A stretch of 61,365 bases of DNA, filler included. It is 4 parts of 4 records of this genome, joined end to end, with 100 filler letters (N's around TTAATTAATTAA, not from the genome) between each part and the next. Parts side by side here need not be neighbours in the genome. Positions count along the whole stretch, not along the records: positions 34,345 to 55,133 come from DRR378314_614; 3 more parts are not named here. One strand, given 5' to 3'. Both the position numbers and the translations under genes were made by a program. The notes under the pieces were generated by a model that did not search any database, was not told the DNA's origin, and worked only from the letters and a program-made list of their open reading frames with translations. Below, piece by piece: positions 36,423 through 48,171 of this stretch (within the stretch, counting starts at the first letter, position 1; each line of letters starts with the position of its first letter).

Positions 36423-38529
36423 ATGGGTGGCTGTATGAGCTCGCCGCCGTCCGGCTCACAATCACTGCACGAGACTAGCTACGCGGAGCAAAGCAACGAG
36501 CGCGCGCGGAGGCGGCTATCGCAGCTGGCGGAGGGACTGGCCGTGCCGCCGGCGCAGGCCACGGCGCGGCTCGTGCTGTCCGGCGAGCTGGATATGGAAG
36601 TGCAGTCTGGAGAAACCGCCCTGAAAATTCCTTGGTGCACAGCGAGCGCCGCCGGCACGGACCCCATCATGCTCACAACAAAACGCAATCAAGATAGCTT
36701 CTGCGTGCAAGACTGTCTCGGGAACAACCAGCAAATTGCGTTCTTCGGCGTCTTCGACGGGCATGGGAGCGCTGGCGCAGAGGTCTCGCGTACTGTCGCG
36801 GCAACACTACCGCGCCACATCGCTTCCCAGGAGTCCTTCCCCAGCGATATCCACCACGCAGTAAGCCAGGCATACATCGATACCGATATCGAGCTGGAAG
36901 AACAAGACTTTGACGTGGCCCTTTCGGGAACAACCGTGGTGAGCGTCGTTCTGGACGGCCGGCGCCGCATCCTCAGCGCAAACGCAGGCGACTCACGCGC
37001 GGTTCTCGGTACGCGCCGAGCAGACGGCACGTTTGCAGCAATCGACTTGACAATCGATCACAAGCCTGATCTCCCTGAAGAGAGACGACGAATTCTCGCG
37101 GCAAACGGGCGGGTCGACCGCATTGTCAACGAGGACGGCGAATTCACGGGGCCCTACCGCGTCTGGCTCGCCGAGGAGCGCCTCCCTGGTCTCGCAATGT
37201 CGCGCTCGCTCGGTGACACTATCGCAGGCTCCGTTGGCGTCTGTGCCGAGCCAATGCTCTATGAGCGCGAATGTAGACCCAATGACGAATTCTTGATCAT
37301 AGCAAGCGACGGTGTATGGGAATTCTTATCAAGCCAACAAGTGGTGCGTCGGATACAAGAATGCCACGAGGGAAAAGGAGCGAGCACAGGCAGGGATCGC
37401 CCTCCATGCAGCGAACAGCGCGCCGTGCTTTGCTGCTCGCGTTCAACTACAGAGAGCGCAAGGTGTCGTTTGCCGCAATACGCGCATCTCTCACCTTGAA
37501 CACAGTCAGCTGAAAGCATTCCGCGCTCACAAGGACTTGTTCGTGCATGCTGCACATCCTCGCGCACGATGGAAGCCCACTGTTTCATTCGCACCGCGCG
37601 GCGTGCAGGGATGTTCCCTGGTCTTGCATCTCTCTACGCAGGGTACAACAATTCGACACTCTCTTCCACAGAGCCGCATAGTGTGAGTATACACCAGATT
37701 TGCTGCAGTCAGAGTCTATGACGCAGCGTGCGGGGGCTTTCCTCATTCTTGTGCCTTCCTACGAAAGGACTTGGCAACAGCACACGCACTGCCGCATAGC
37801 AGCGCCCGACGAATGCGTGTACTCTTCCGCAACGGAGAGGATGCAGCACGCTGTCTCGCCGCATTCCGCTCTTCTTCTCACACCACGCAGCGCTAGTTTG
37901 AATGGCAAAGGGAGGGCTCGCTATGACGCTGACGAGCCTACCGCACCATGCTACCTACTTATATATTTATATTGGACGCGGGGCGCTGCCACAAGGAAAT
38001 GTTTCGTAGAGCTAGCAAGAATTGTATACCTCACAAGTGCTGGTCCAGCTGAGCGGGGAAACGATTGGCCACCGCACAAGATAAATTTACAGGTGCAAAA
38101 ACGGTACACGACATATTTTCGTTATAATGACGCTACTCAGGAGTATGCAGTGGCCAGGGCTGGGGCTAGTCCAACAAAGCGTGCATATGGGGTCCGCGCG
38201 CACCTCTGGCAGGTGGCGGTGATCCGCAGCACCGCACCCCCACCAGGTGTTGCAGGCGACCTGCCATCTCTTGCACGGAGGAGCGCCGTCCCATACGCGA
38301 ACCAGTAACGCTAACTTTCCAATAATTGTTTCGTCATGCGCAGGTTGACATGGTGGCATCTTCACCTGGACTTCGCGAAGCTGCTGTGGACATTGTCCGC
38401 GAGTCGAACTCGCTCTGGGTCAACATGGAGGAAGTAGTAGACGACATCACTGTCGTTGTCGTACAGCTAGCGGAGTGGTGGAAACAACCACCAACTTCTG
38501 TCTCAAGCGCACCATCGCGATCCGCATAA
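36423..38529 (+). CDS. PP2C/PPM Ser/Thr protein phosphatase, 2 exons
   Basis: KRNQDS, FFGVFDGHG, SGTT, ANAGDSRAVL, DHKPDLPEERRRI, PGLAMSRSLGD and IIASDGVWEF in exon 36423-37343. The second exon, 38344-38529, supplies DDITVVVV. Confidence 0.94.
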
Positions 38530-40084
38530 CGCCCCCCCCCCAAACCTCAAACGTTTGCTCGTGTGAAGGCGCGATTGTCCGAAATCGAGAAACGATTGCA
38601 ACAAGCAACTATTATACAAGCAGCACGCGTAGTGTAGCAGTATCCACTTGTAAAGGGGCGCTCTCTGGTTGAGCCCCGTCGAACGCACACGGTCATCCCT
38701 GACCCGCTTTACTTTATCATTTCCGGCCGTTGAAATGCCGTAACGCCAGTTTCGCCAGATTGTCAAAAACAGACTGTAGTGATAAATATTGTTTCGATTG
38801 GTGATTGTGCAATGTACGAGGTGCCTGCTTCATAGCACCAAACTAAAACCACATCTTGCCAGAGCCATGCAGCGCTGCGTGAGCGTCTGCGGACGAAACA
38901 GGATTTTGTTGTTGTAAGGGGCCCAGAAACACGGCCCTCCCTCCCTTTTCCTTCCTCTGGAAAATTTGCAATAAACAAGTCGGGCAACGTCAACCAAGAC
39001 CTCAAGCATATACACGACAAATGCAATCACACGCGCTTCCTGTCTCCAACCTCCTCCGTTCTGTGATCTTCATGTCCTGCAAGAAGAGAATTGAACTCCT
39101 TCCATCTGCTGCGCCGAGCAACAGCCTGTGGGAATCCCAAAATCATCAGTGCGCGATGACAACGCGCCCAAGACACCGTGGAGCCCTTGTTCTCAATACG
39201 AGCATTAGTATGATCTCGACAACCAATAGGTATCAATGCTCCGAATGAGGATTGTCATACAAGCTTCAAAATAACAACGAATGCACAGGATCGGCTTCGA
39301 AAACAAAAAAGAAAAGAATTGCAGCATCTGACGGCACCCGCCCATGGCTGTCGAGCTTGCCCACCCCATGACATCGCCACATCACGATGGTCGATGTACA
39401 CGCGACGATGCACCCGACAAAGGGCCAGGGCATCCCTCGCCCGTTGCTCCCTTGTCCGTGACTGCCAAGTTCTTAGAAGTTGCTGTAAGCGCATCCATCA
39501 CGCCTTAAAGCGAAGCTGGCGTGCAAAAAATGAGCCTTGTCTCGCATGGAGATCCCACCCCAACCCCCCCCCCCGGTATCTGACGCCACACCGATCACCA
39601 CTGTGCGGGTGTTTTGCACTTTGTCTCGATGTTTACTTGTACACGGACGCGGAAAGTCTGCTCTCCAAGCACGCTAAGCTTAACTAGATGCCCCTGTTCG
39701 TTGTGCTACTATGCGCGCAAAAGACTCCGTCCACAGCAGGCCGAGGCTGTTGAGCCGGTTCAGGTTTTCCTCGTTTCTTCGCACAAGCTAGAAGCGTGCT
39801 ACAGTTCACGATCCCAAGTTCGTCCACAGCAACCTTCAGACCACCGCAGAATCTCCCACGTCATTTATTATATTAATTCCTTCAACAGACAATATAAACG
39901 GGAATCAGCAGTACATGCACAAGAAATAAAGCGGGAGGCAGCAGTCGGCCCCCATTCGTGACTCCCGCGATGACACCGCTCAGCCTGCCGGCGTAGCTTG
40001 CGCAAAGCGAAATGCACGGTGTCGGCAGTTGACGAAACATCGATCGAAATGTCGCGCTCGTTGTGACAAGAAACGGACCTATGC

Positions 40085-41965
40085 CTACCCGAGAATGACG
40101 CGAAACGACGAAACGCGCTGCTGTTCGCGACTGAGCGTCTCGAGGCGCTGCTGTGTGGCCGTTTCGGCAGGTCGTTGTAGCGCTGATTCTTCGTGCGCCC
40201 AAAGCATGTCCCCAAACGCATCACCAAGGCGAACGCGCTGGAACGAAGAGTCTGCGCCTGGCTTACGACTCTGCAGACGCGGCACACCGCGCGATTTCCG
40301 GTGCGCCTGTTGATTAACAGTATCTTCATGGCCCGTACGTGACTGCACTGTATTATCTCGTGCAGATAGAAGCAGCTCCTCGATATGCTGCGCAAGCACG
40401 CTCGACGCCGGAGCGGGCGCGGCAGCCTGGGCGCGACGTGCAGCGCTCTCCTCCTCTTCGCGGCGCCGCTTCCTCTCTGCTGCTTCCAAAGCCTCGGCGC
40501 GCGCTAGCGATCGATTGCGAGCATCGGTCCGTCTACGAAGGCGTTCGATCCATTGCATCTCACGGACCAGGACCGCCGCTTCATTGGCGCGGCGCTTGCT
40601 CTCCTTGGCGCGTCGCTCGCGCTCCCATTTCGCCACTCTGGTCGAGCAAGTTTTCCCTTGCGAAGCTGAGGCCGGTCGCGCCCTGGGCCGATCAGTTGGT
40701 GCGTTGGAACGCGCAGACCTGGAGTTTTCAAAGGGATGCGATCCCGCGTATGCGCTATGAGGCCTTCTACTGGAGGGAACAGTAAGTGTGGATTCGCTTT
40801 CGCCAGCAAAACTGCCATGTTGATCATGAGAGAGCTCAGCACGACTCGCCGACGGGGCCCGCACCGCTAGCCGACGGCTGCGGTTCGCTGTTGCCGGGCG
40901 TGCGCGTAGGTGCGCCGATTCATCAGTCGTTTCCATAGAGCTCCATGTCATGTTATATCCATCCTGGACAGGTGAGCCTGTCATAAAATCGACTGGAGAT
41001 TCTCGGTAGGGAACTGAAGCGGCGGAAGAGCCGCCAGAAGCCCCAGTTCTGCCTGTCTGGCCCTCGCGCAGCAGCGCAAGCTGAGTGGTGTCCGGCACCA
41101 TCTCAGCGAGCGCCTCGGTTCGCAGCACGTTGATGGCTCCCTGTTGGTGGTGACACCTATGTTTTGCAACGAAGAAGGGTGTAGAAGGTTGCCGCGGCCC
41201 GGGATCTGTTTGCCTCCGCTCAAAAGCGAGCTGACCAAGGCCCGCAAGGGAGGACTTGCCAATGCGATCCGCAGCAGCTTCCAACTCCTCAAGCTCAAGA
41301 AGCAGCGCTTGTTCTTCCTCTGTCAGTGGCAGAGCGTTGACAGTCTCGTTTAGGGACGACAAAAGGGCTCCGACTTCACGGGGAGACCTTTGTCCTGCAG
41401 ATGGAGCAAGAGATGTACTTACGGAGCTATCGGAACCATGAAAACGCGCGGCATCTTCCAGGACGCTGTCGTGAAGACTGTGAACGCCAGCGGAGTTGCT
41501 GCGGTGCGGACTCGCGAGGCGGTCGAGGCGGCGAATCATGAGCTCTACATTCCGCCGCCGCCTACGCGCATACTTGCGGACTAGCTCTTGCCGCAGCCGC
41601 TCAACACGGTCAACAAAGTGCTGCAAAAACGTTTCCATCATTTTATGGAGATTTGCGTCGGTTCGAGAAAAGGACTGAACCGCCGACAAACTCAAGCGTA
41701 GCGGGGCAGCGCGCTCGTGCGCAAGCACGTTCTCCCGCAGCTTCCGCGCTGCGACGGGCGGGCACCCAATGCTGGCCTGTCGGAGTGCCTCGCGGAGCGC
41801 ACCGCGTGTATCGCGTCGCTTGGCAAGAGCATGACGCAGTCTTGCTTCGTTTGAGGCCTTTCGCTCATGGAGTGTGCCGAGGGCATTGTCGAAATCCTCC
41901 CCATGGAGTGGAATCCGTGCCGACGCCTCGCCGAGCCTCGCGCTGCCCCGGCCACATGCGTTCAT
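40085..41965 (-). CDS. Hypothetical 626-aa protein, disordered/coiled-coil, no recognised family
   Basis: A 1.9-kb uninterrupted ORF in a slot free of other genes. It has charged helical segments (VERLRQELVRKY, WERERRAKESKRRANE) and repeated RP.(S/T)A motifs. Its boundaries may extend by splicing. Confidence 0.6.
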   Translation of the reverse strand: MNACGRGSARLGEASARIPLHGEDFDNALGTLHERKASNEARLRHALAKRRDTRGALREALRQASIGCPPVAARKLRENVLAHERAAPLRLSLSAVQSFSRTDANLHKMMETFLQHFVDRVERLRQELVRKYARRRRRNVELMIRRLDRLASPHRSNSAGVHSLHDSVLEDAARFHGSDSSVSTSLAPSAGQRSPREVGALLSSLNETVNALPLTEEEQALLLELEELEAAADRIGKSSLAGLGQLAFERRQTDPGPRQPSTPFFVAKHRCHHQQGAINVLRTEALAEMVPDTTQLALLREGQTGRTGASGGSSAASVPYRESPVDFMTGSPVQDGYNMTWSSMETTDESAHLRARPATANRSRRLAVRAPSASRAELSHDQHGSFAGESESTLTVPSSRRPHSAYAGSHPFENSRSARSNAPTDRPRARPASASQGKTCSTRVAKWERERRAKESKRRANEAAVLVREMQWIERLRRRTDARNRSLARAEALEAAERKRRREEEESAARRAQAAAPAPASSVLAQHIEELLLSARDNTVQSRTGHEDTVNQQAHRKSRGVPRLQSRKPGADSSFQRVRLGDAFGDMLWAHEESALQRPAETATQQRLETLSREQQRVSSFRVILG

Positions 41966-42913
41966 AGCGCCGCAGCGTCAAAGCTCGCGTTTTTTGCTCG
42001 TTCTACTGCACTGGAGACATTCGGCAAACTTCAACTTTCGTTGAAATTTGCAACGGTCTGCTTTTCTTGTTCCCAGATAAGGCACGGCGATTGCAGAATG
42101 ATGAACCGGCAACGGCTGTATCCGAGCCGAGAATTACAATAACAAAAATAAGGAAATGGCGCGTCTTCCAGCAGGTGCGCGCGAGACCCGGTGCGGGGCC
42201 ACTCTCCTGGAACGCCTAAAGGAGGCCAAGAGACGCGCAAGAGGGCCTCTGCTCTCTGGTGACAGAAAAAGGGAAACGGACAACCAGAGACGGCAACCTG
42301 CGCGCAGGCGCTTCCAGCGTTGCTGGCTGCTTCTAGAGGAGGAGCCCGCCCCTTCACGGCGGCGGCCCGGCGGGCTTGCAGGGCTGTGCGGCGAAGGAGA
42401 GCGGCGCGCCTCACCCCGCCGGCGATCGTCACCCAATCACACGCTGTAGTTTTGCATTTGGGTTTTTGTTGTTGTTTTTTCTCGTGCGCCCCCAAGTTTG
42501 CGGGAGAAACAGCGGAGCATTGCGAGAAGCGCCACCTCGCGCGACACTTGCCGAACCGCTCAGTAACACTCTCAACCCTAAGGCCAACCAAAGTATACCG
42601 CTCGCCCGACACCACCTCCTCGCCTGTGAGAAGCCACCCAACAGCACAAAAAATAAATAAAAATCGCGTCCGTGCGCATCATTTCTTACGTCGCAATGTT
42701 GGTCTTCGATAGCAGGAGTTTAGGGGCCAGAGCACGATGCGAGAAGCACGCATCGGACAGAGTGTCAGCAATATGCCCACGTGTAGGCGCCTCACGTTGC
42801 CATGGCAGCGGGCGTTCCCGGAGTGGCGCGGTAGGGCTGTGCAACATCTTCGTGGCAGCGGTGAGAGCGCAGTAGCGGGCAGGCAACACAGAGCAAAAAG
42901 CTGCCACGGCAGC

Positions 42914-45837
42914 ATGGGCTTGCAGTCATTGCCTTTGCGATGGCGGGGCAAGCCCCGCATCGCTGCGTCCGGGTATAAGATGTTGAAAATACGGCAAGCA
43001 TGTGCAATTCATGGCGAATGTTTCTCCGAAAAACCTATCGTTGTTCTTGCTGGAGCGACCGCTGCAGGGAAGACGCGCGCTAGCATCGACTTGTGCCGGC
43101 AAGCGGGAGGGGAGGTGGTTTCCTGCGACTCCGTGCAGGTACGACAGCGCGCGCACTGTAGTTGCTCGTTGCGCAGCGCGCCGTGTGGTGTCGACCGCTA
43201 ATGTCTGGAACACTCGTAGTCGTTTATTTGTGCGCATGCTCTGAGCAACGCCAGATTTCTCTCAACGCCGTGCGTGCTGGAAGTACTAGTTCTTCTGCGG
43301 CGCAGGCGAACGGCGCTGCCGCAGGACCAACGCGGTCTCCCGCCTGGCGACGCAGCCTCGCTGCCACGTTTGACCGCCCTGCTCGCAACCATCTCCGCAT
43401 AGCGCTTTCGCGGTCTCCTGTCCAAATCGTTAAATAAAGAGTACAATGTTCTACGCTTACAGTGCGGATGTCGAATCGTCTTTCTTGAACGGCGAAAATC
43501 ACGTGTAGATCTTCAGAGGTGCAGACATCGGATCTGCCAAGCCGACCCCCCAGGAAAGGAATCGTGTGCCGCATCACATGCTGGACATCTGCGACCCAAG
43601 CAGTGAATTCTCTGCCGGTGAAAACCTTCGTCGCAGTATTGACGCAGTGGATGATATTGTATCCCGCAAGGAGCGCGCCGTTGTTGTTGGGGGGAGCGCG
43701 ATGTACGCGAGCTGGCTCGTGGATGGTACTCCTGGCGCCCCGCCTGCTTCTGCGGCGTGGCGAGACAGCGCAGCACGTATTCTCGACGGCGCCGCGACGT
43801 GGGAGGAAGGGTATGGTTGTCCGCACACCGCCACCGGCATCGGTCCACTACGCACTGAGGAGGAAAAAAGGGGCATATCCCATTGCTTGTGATGTATAAA
43901 TAGTGCCTATCTTGATGTGATGCGGACGCGACGACAGTGGCCTTTGCGAATGTGATTGCCGGCGAGGCACGCAATGCGAAAGGGACGCGACAGCGACAAA
44001 GAGAGTGCACCGCACAGCGGTACAGTACGAGTCCTGATCGCGGACAACGCGGGAGTGCCCGCGTCTGTCGCCGCTGCGTTCGGAGCGAATCACAGCGAAT
44101 CTCTTTGTGGTCGGTTTCTTTGCACACTCCGACGGAGCATCTGCTCCTGCTGTGCTAATCCGTGTCTATGTACCCATCTTGCCCTATGGAGCATCGGGCA
44201 CTTCGCGGGTGTCGCGTTGGAAAGCGGGATTCCCTTGTCACTACCAACGCCAAAGTAACTCGTGTGCGCATGCTGCTGCTCGCGTTTTCGCCCCGTATAG
44301 TGTACAACGCGCTGTGGAAACGGCTGCGCCCACGTCCCTTGCGCGTGTGGAGCGCAACGACTGGTACCGACTGCGACGTGCCCTTGAAATTGCCATTGCA
44401 ACGAATGAGGGACACGGAAGGCAATCAACTCAGTCTCGCGGCCTTGCAGGTGCGAAAGCGCATCAGTCGTTTGAGCACGATTTGCTCCAGGGACGGGCAC
44501 TACTTTGGCACCGCGGGTGCATCTATCCTGCACTCACGCGCTCTCGCCCGTACGTTGGATGCTCGCAGCGCGCCCTGTGGCGACTTACTTGCATCACGCG
44601 CTCTGCATCGCATTGCCTCGGCTCGGTAGATCGGTATCCCGATGTACGGTGCTTCTTCTTGTACCAGGATAGGCTCCGTCTCTTCCGCGCAATCGATGCG
44701 CGGTGCGTCAATATACTCAATGCGGGACTGTTGGAGGAAGCTGCGGCTTTCTGCGCACACCCGCAAACGGGTGCTGCGCGCGCCATTGGATACCGCCAAG
44801 CTATCGATTTCTTGCTCCAAGGCGACGTGCGCTCGCCGCACTCGCTGCGCCAGTTCATCACAGCATACGCCGCCGCAACACGTCAACTGGCTACCAAGCA
44901 GCTCAAGTGGTTCCGCGCGAGACGTGATTTTGTATGGGTCGACTCGGAGGACATGGGCTCTGCAATTACGGAGCTACGCCATTTGGCAACCGATTGTCGG
45001 CGGGAAGTGTATAATGGTGCGGACACATCACGGGGCCCACCCGCACGTAGCACTACCGCTGAAGAGTTGCAAGCGTTATAGAGTGAACAAACCCGGCGGC
45101 TTGTCAATGTCAACATCGCTGCCTGGGGAAGCGTGCGTGATTGCCCTACATTGTCGGAACGCTTCGGTTCCCTGCGGCAAGACCTGCCGCTCGCACGTTC
45201 TCCCTCCCACAGTGCTCGTGCGCACACGTTCGTTGTGTACGAAGTGGAGCTGTATCTCCTCCTCTGCACATGGAAGTGCGCTTGGCCGTCGCCCAGTCTT
45301 CTAATGATGGTTGGTATACCGACATTATTTGCAATGGAGTAGATGTACTCTGGAGTGACCGGCAGCGGACCCGACGCGAAGGATCGCGGTGCTCGGAAGA
45401 GGAAAATAGGAAGCTTCGCGTACGTTCGGAGCAGCGCCGCCTGGCGTCGTGGGCTGCGCGTTGCGACGCGTCGGAATCCACGCCGCGGTTCCCGCGGTCC
45501 CATGCAGCACGCTCAAGGTTGCCGTGGAAATATTCGCCTCCACGCGGTAGGAGCGAAGTCGCAGCGCTTGGGACGGAAGTTTGACGTTTACCTCTGCCGT
45601 CGGCTTTCAAAATGCCCCGGCGGCGCTCCCGCCTCACGGAGCCTCAAACTCTGTTCTGCGCGCTGCCCGTCTACGCTCCTGTCCCTCCCATCCATTCTGC
45701 AGCGATACCGTCCGTGTTTCTACAAACTTGACAACACCGTATTTGTCGACGAATTGCTTGCGCGGGCAAGACAGGCGCGCGAAATAGCGCTCGAGCGGGC
45801 ACGCGCAGCGAAAACCCGCGCGTCAATAAATGTATAA
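42914..45837 (+). CDS. miaA: tRNA dimethylallyltransferase, bacterial/organellar MiaA (plant IPT9-like), 6 exons
   Basis: P-loop LAGATAAGKT, VSCDSVQ|IFRGADIGSAKPT, VPHHMLD, VVVGGSAMY, RNDWYRLRRALEI, IDARC, RAIGYRQ and ATRQLATKQLKWFR. Two further small exons (45343-45419, 45703-45837) give EEENRKLR|RYRP. The start codon is uncertain (42737, 42914 or 42980). Confidence 0.9.
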
Positions 45838-45964
45838 GTAAATTTCGCGGAACCGCCGGCGATAGCCAGGATGTGCTGCGCTGGCGGGAGCGGCACAAAG
45901 CGGGTGTGCGCGTGCGCGCGCGCGACGAGCCTCTGCGCCGGGAGTGTAATATCGAGTTTTCGCC

Positions 45965-47750
45965 ATGCCCCGTCGACGCGTGTGGCTCTTTGGGGACTCA
46001 CTGACACAATTTGGAAATGTAGTAGAAGAACGGGGGTGGGTTCTACAGCTCCAGGAACGCCTCACTCGCCGCGCGGACGTGCTCAACTACGGCTTTTCAG
46101 GTACGTCCGGTGGCGCGCTCGGAGCAGCGGCAGTGGCCACTGTTGGAAGGTGCTGCAACTGTCGTTGCCGCCGCTTTTCATCTAGCGTGAAAGCTATTTA
46201 ATGTGTACAAGATATGAATTGATCCCTCGTGGGCAGGGCATGCGCCGAAAGGGTCGTCTGCTTACTGCAATTGCGACACTCGTGGTGCCTCGCGCAGGGT
46301 ACACAACGCGCGTTGCGCGCGCGCTGCTCCCGCGTGTTTTACCGCGAAACGCCGACATAGCCACGCTCTGGTTCGGCGCCAACGACGCTGCTGACAAAGA
46401 GGTATGTATGCGTGCTATCAATCGTACAAGATCTCTACAGATGGATCACAATTTGCTGTACGGCAAGTTGGCGCGGGGACTACCAAGCGATGCGGCAGGG
46501 GGCCGGGCAAGCTGACGAACCGCGTCCGCTCACCGTCTCGCGCGTCCGCGCCGGCCTCGTGCGTTTGCGTCCTTCAGCGAAGTGCGCAGCACGTGCCGGT
46601 GGACGAGTACCGGGCGAACCTTGTTGCCATGCTCAAAGAAATCAGGGCTCTGTCTCCACTTGCACTCATTGTCGTCATGCCGCCTCCCCCTGTCGATGAA
46701 GTTGCCTGGGAGGCGTTCACAAGGGAAACGTACGTCGGTGGCGCTGGCGCCACCGCTTTTTGCCCTATGGGCGCGAATGTTCGCCCCACCGACCGGCACG
46801 TCACCGGTTGTTTTTTTGTTTGTTTTGTTGTTTTTTTTCTCCTCGGACACTCCAACCTTGATATCTAGCGTACGAACGGCCACCAACGATCATGTGCTTA
46901 ATCTTACAAACGTACGGCTTGCATCGGTGGCGGTTCGGTATGCGGCGGGATTGTGTTTATTTTTTGAAAGGTTTGGCGCTTCAGCGCTAGACCGGTCGAA
47001 CAAGCTGCTGCTGCCGTATGTGCGTGCGTGCAAAGAGGTGCGTGAGCAATGCGAATGCAAGTCTGCTTTCCTCACGTGGCCTGTCCCGCGCCCAGGCTGG
47101 ACGGGAGCATGCAAGAAAAAGGAGTAAATCTCATTTCCCAATGTATGGTTTACATAATCTGGATTCCTTTTGGTACTCTACATTGTGGAAGATGCGGATC
47201 TCGTGCTTTTGCCTGATGCCGTCGCTCCGTGCTCTTGGTTTCGCAGGTCGCGGAGGAGACGAACAGCGTGTTCTTAGATGTACACAGCGCGTTCGTTTCC
47301 CACGAAGGAGGACACCCTGCGTTGCTCAGCGACGGTCTCCATCTAAACAGCTTAGGTACGGTACATTCGGGTGTAAGAAAAGAAGAAACAAGCGCGGCAT
47401 CGGGCGCTTTGGGTAGTGTGCTGCAACGCTTCCGCTCACGCGCCGGCAATTTATGCGACGTTGCGTGGGCGTTCACAGGAAACGACAAGGTGGCCGAGCT
47501 GCTCGCCGCTACGCTGCGGGAGAGAGCGCCTTGGACAGCCGATGATGCCGCTTTGGATTTTCCAGAGTACGTTTGCTCGTACCTCGTGTACAGTAGCTAG
47601 AGCTTTGCAGAGGCGCCCGCTGCCGAACGGGAACGAATTTCGCGGCTGCTCCTTCCGACTCTCTTGAGATGCCCTGCGCCGCGCCGCGTGCTCAGGTGGC
47701 GCGAGGTCGACCTTGCACAGCCAGCGGCGTCTTTTCCTAGCGCTACGTAG
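45965..47750 (+). CDS. IAH1: SGNH/GDSL hydrolase, isoamyl acetate-hydrolysing esterase-like, 7 exons
   Basis: Blocks FGDSLTQ, DVLNYGFSG|YTTR, WFGANDA, QHVPVDEYRANL, SDGLHLNSLG|N and FPE|WREVD, with TAG at 47748-47750. Confidence 0.9.
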
Positions 47751-48171
47751 CGCCCCAACTGCGCATATCACTGTCGTATGCGCGGCGACATTCCTGTGCG
47801 AAGTAAAGATCGAGAGAAGCACGCAAAGCACCGGCTGCTCCACACGCACCAGCCCTCAAAACGTTGCAGCGTCACTGTGCGAGCTTTCCGGGGATAAGCG
47901 TTTACAGAAATCCCCTTGTATTTCATAAAAAAGTATGCTATATTTCCGACCTGACCGGTCAGTCTAACGTCCAATAAAACACGATGCTGAAGGCACGCCA
48001 AGCGTGTCTATAGCCCGCGCATGAGTGCGGCGAAACAACCGAGCTCCGCGCTCAGACGCGGTGCGAAGGCCGGCCTCCTACGCTTGCACGCAACCACCGC
48101 GAACGATCCCTCTTCGCCGCGGCTTCCACTGTCCAAGCATAACGCCGAAAGATAACGTGATGCTTGCGGTA

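Noticed and set aside
47951-47962. Perfect 12-bp palindrome CTGACCGGTCAG between the convergent IAH1 and TOP1
   Set aside because: Single occurrence, expected by chance in a window this size.
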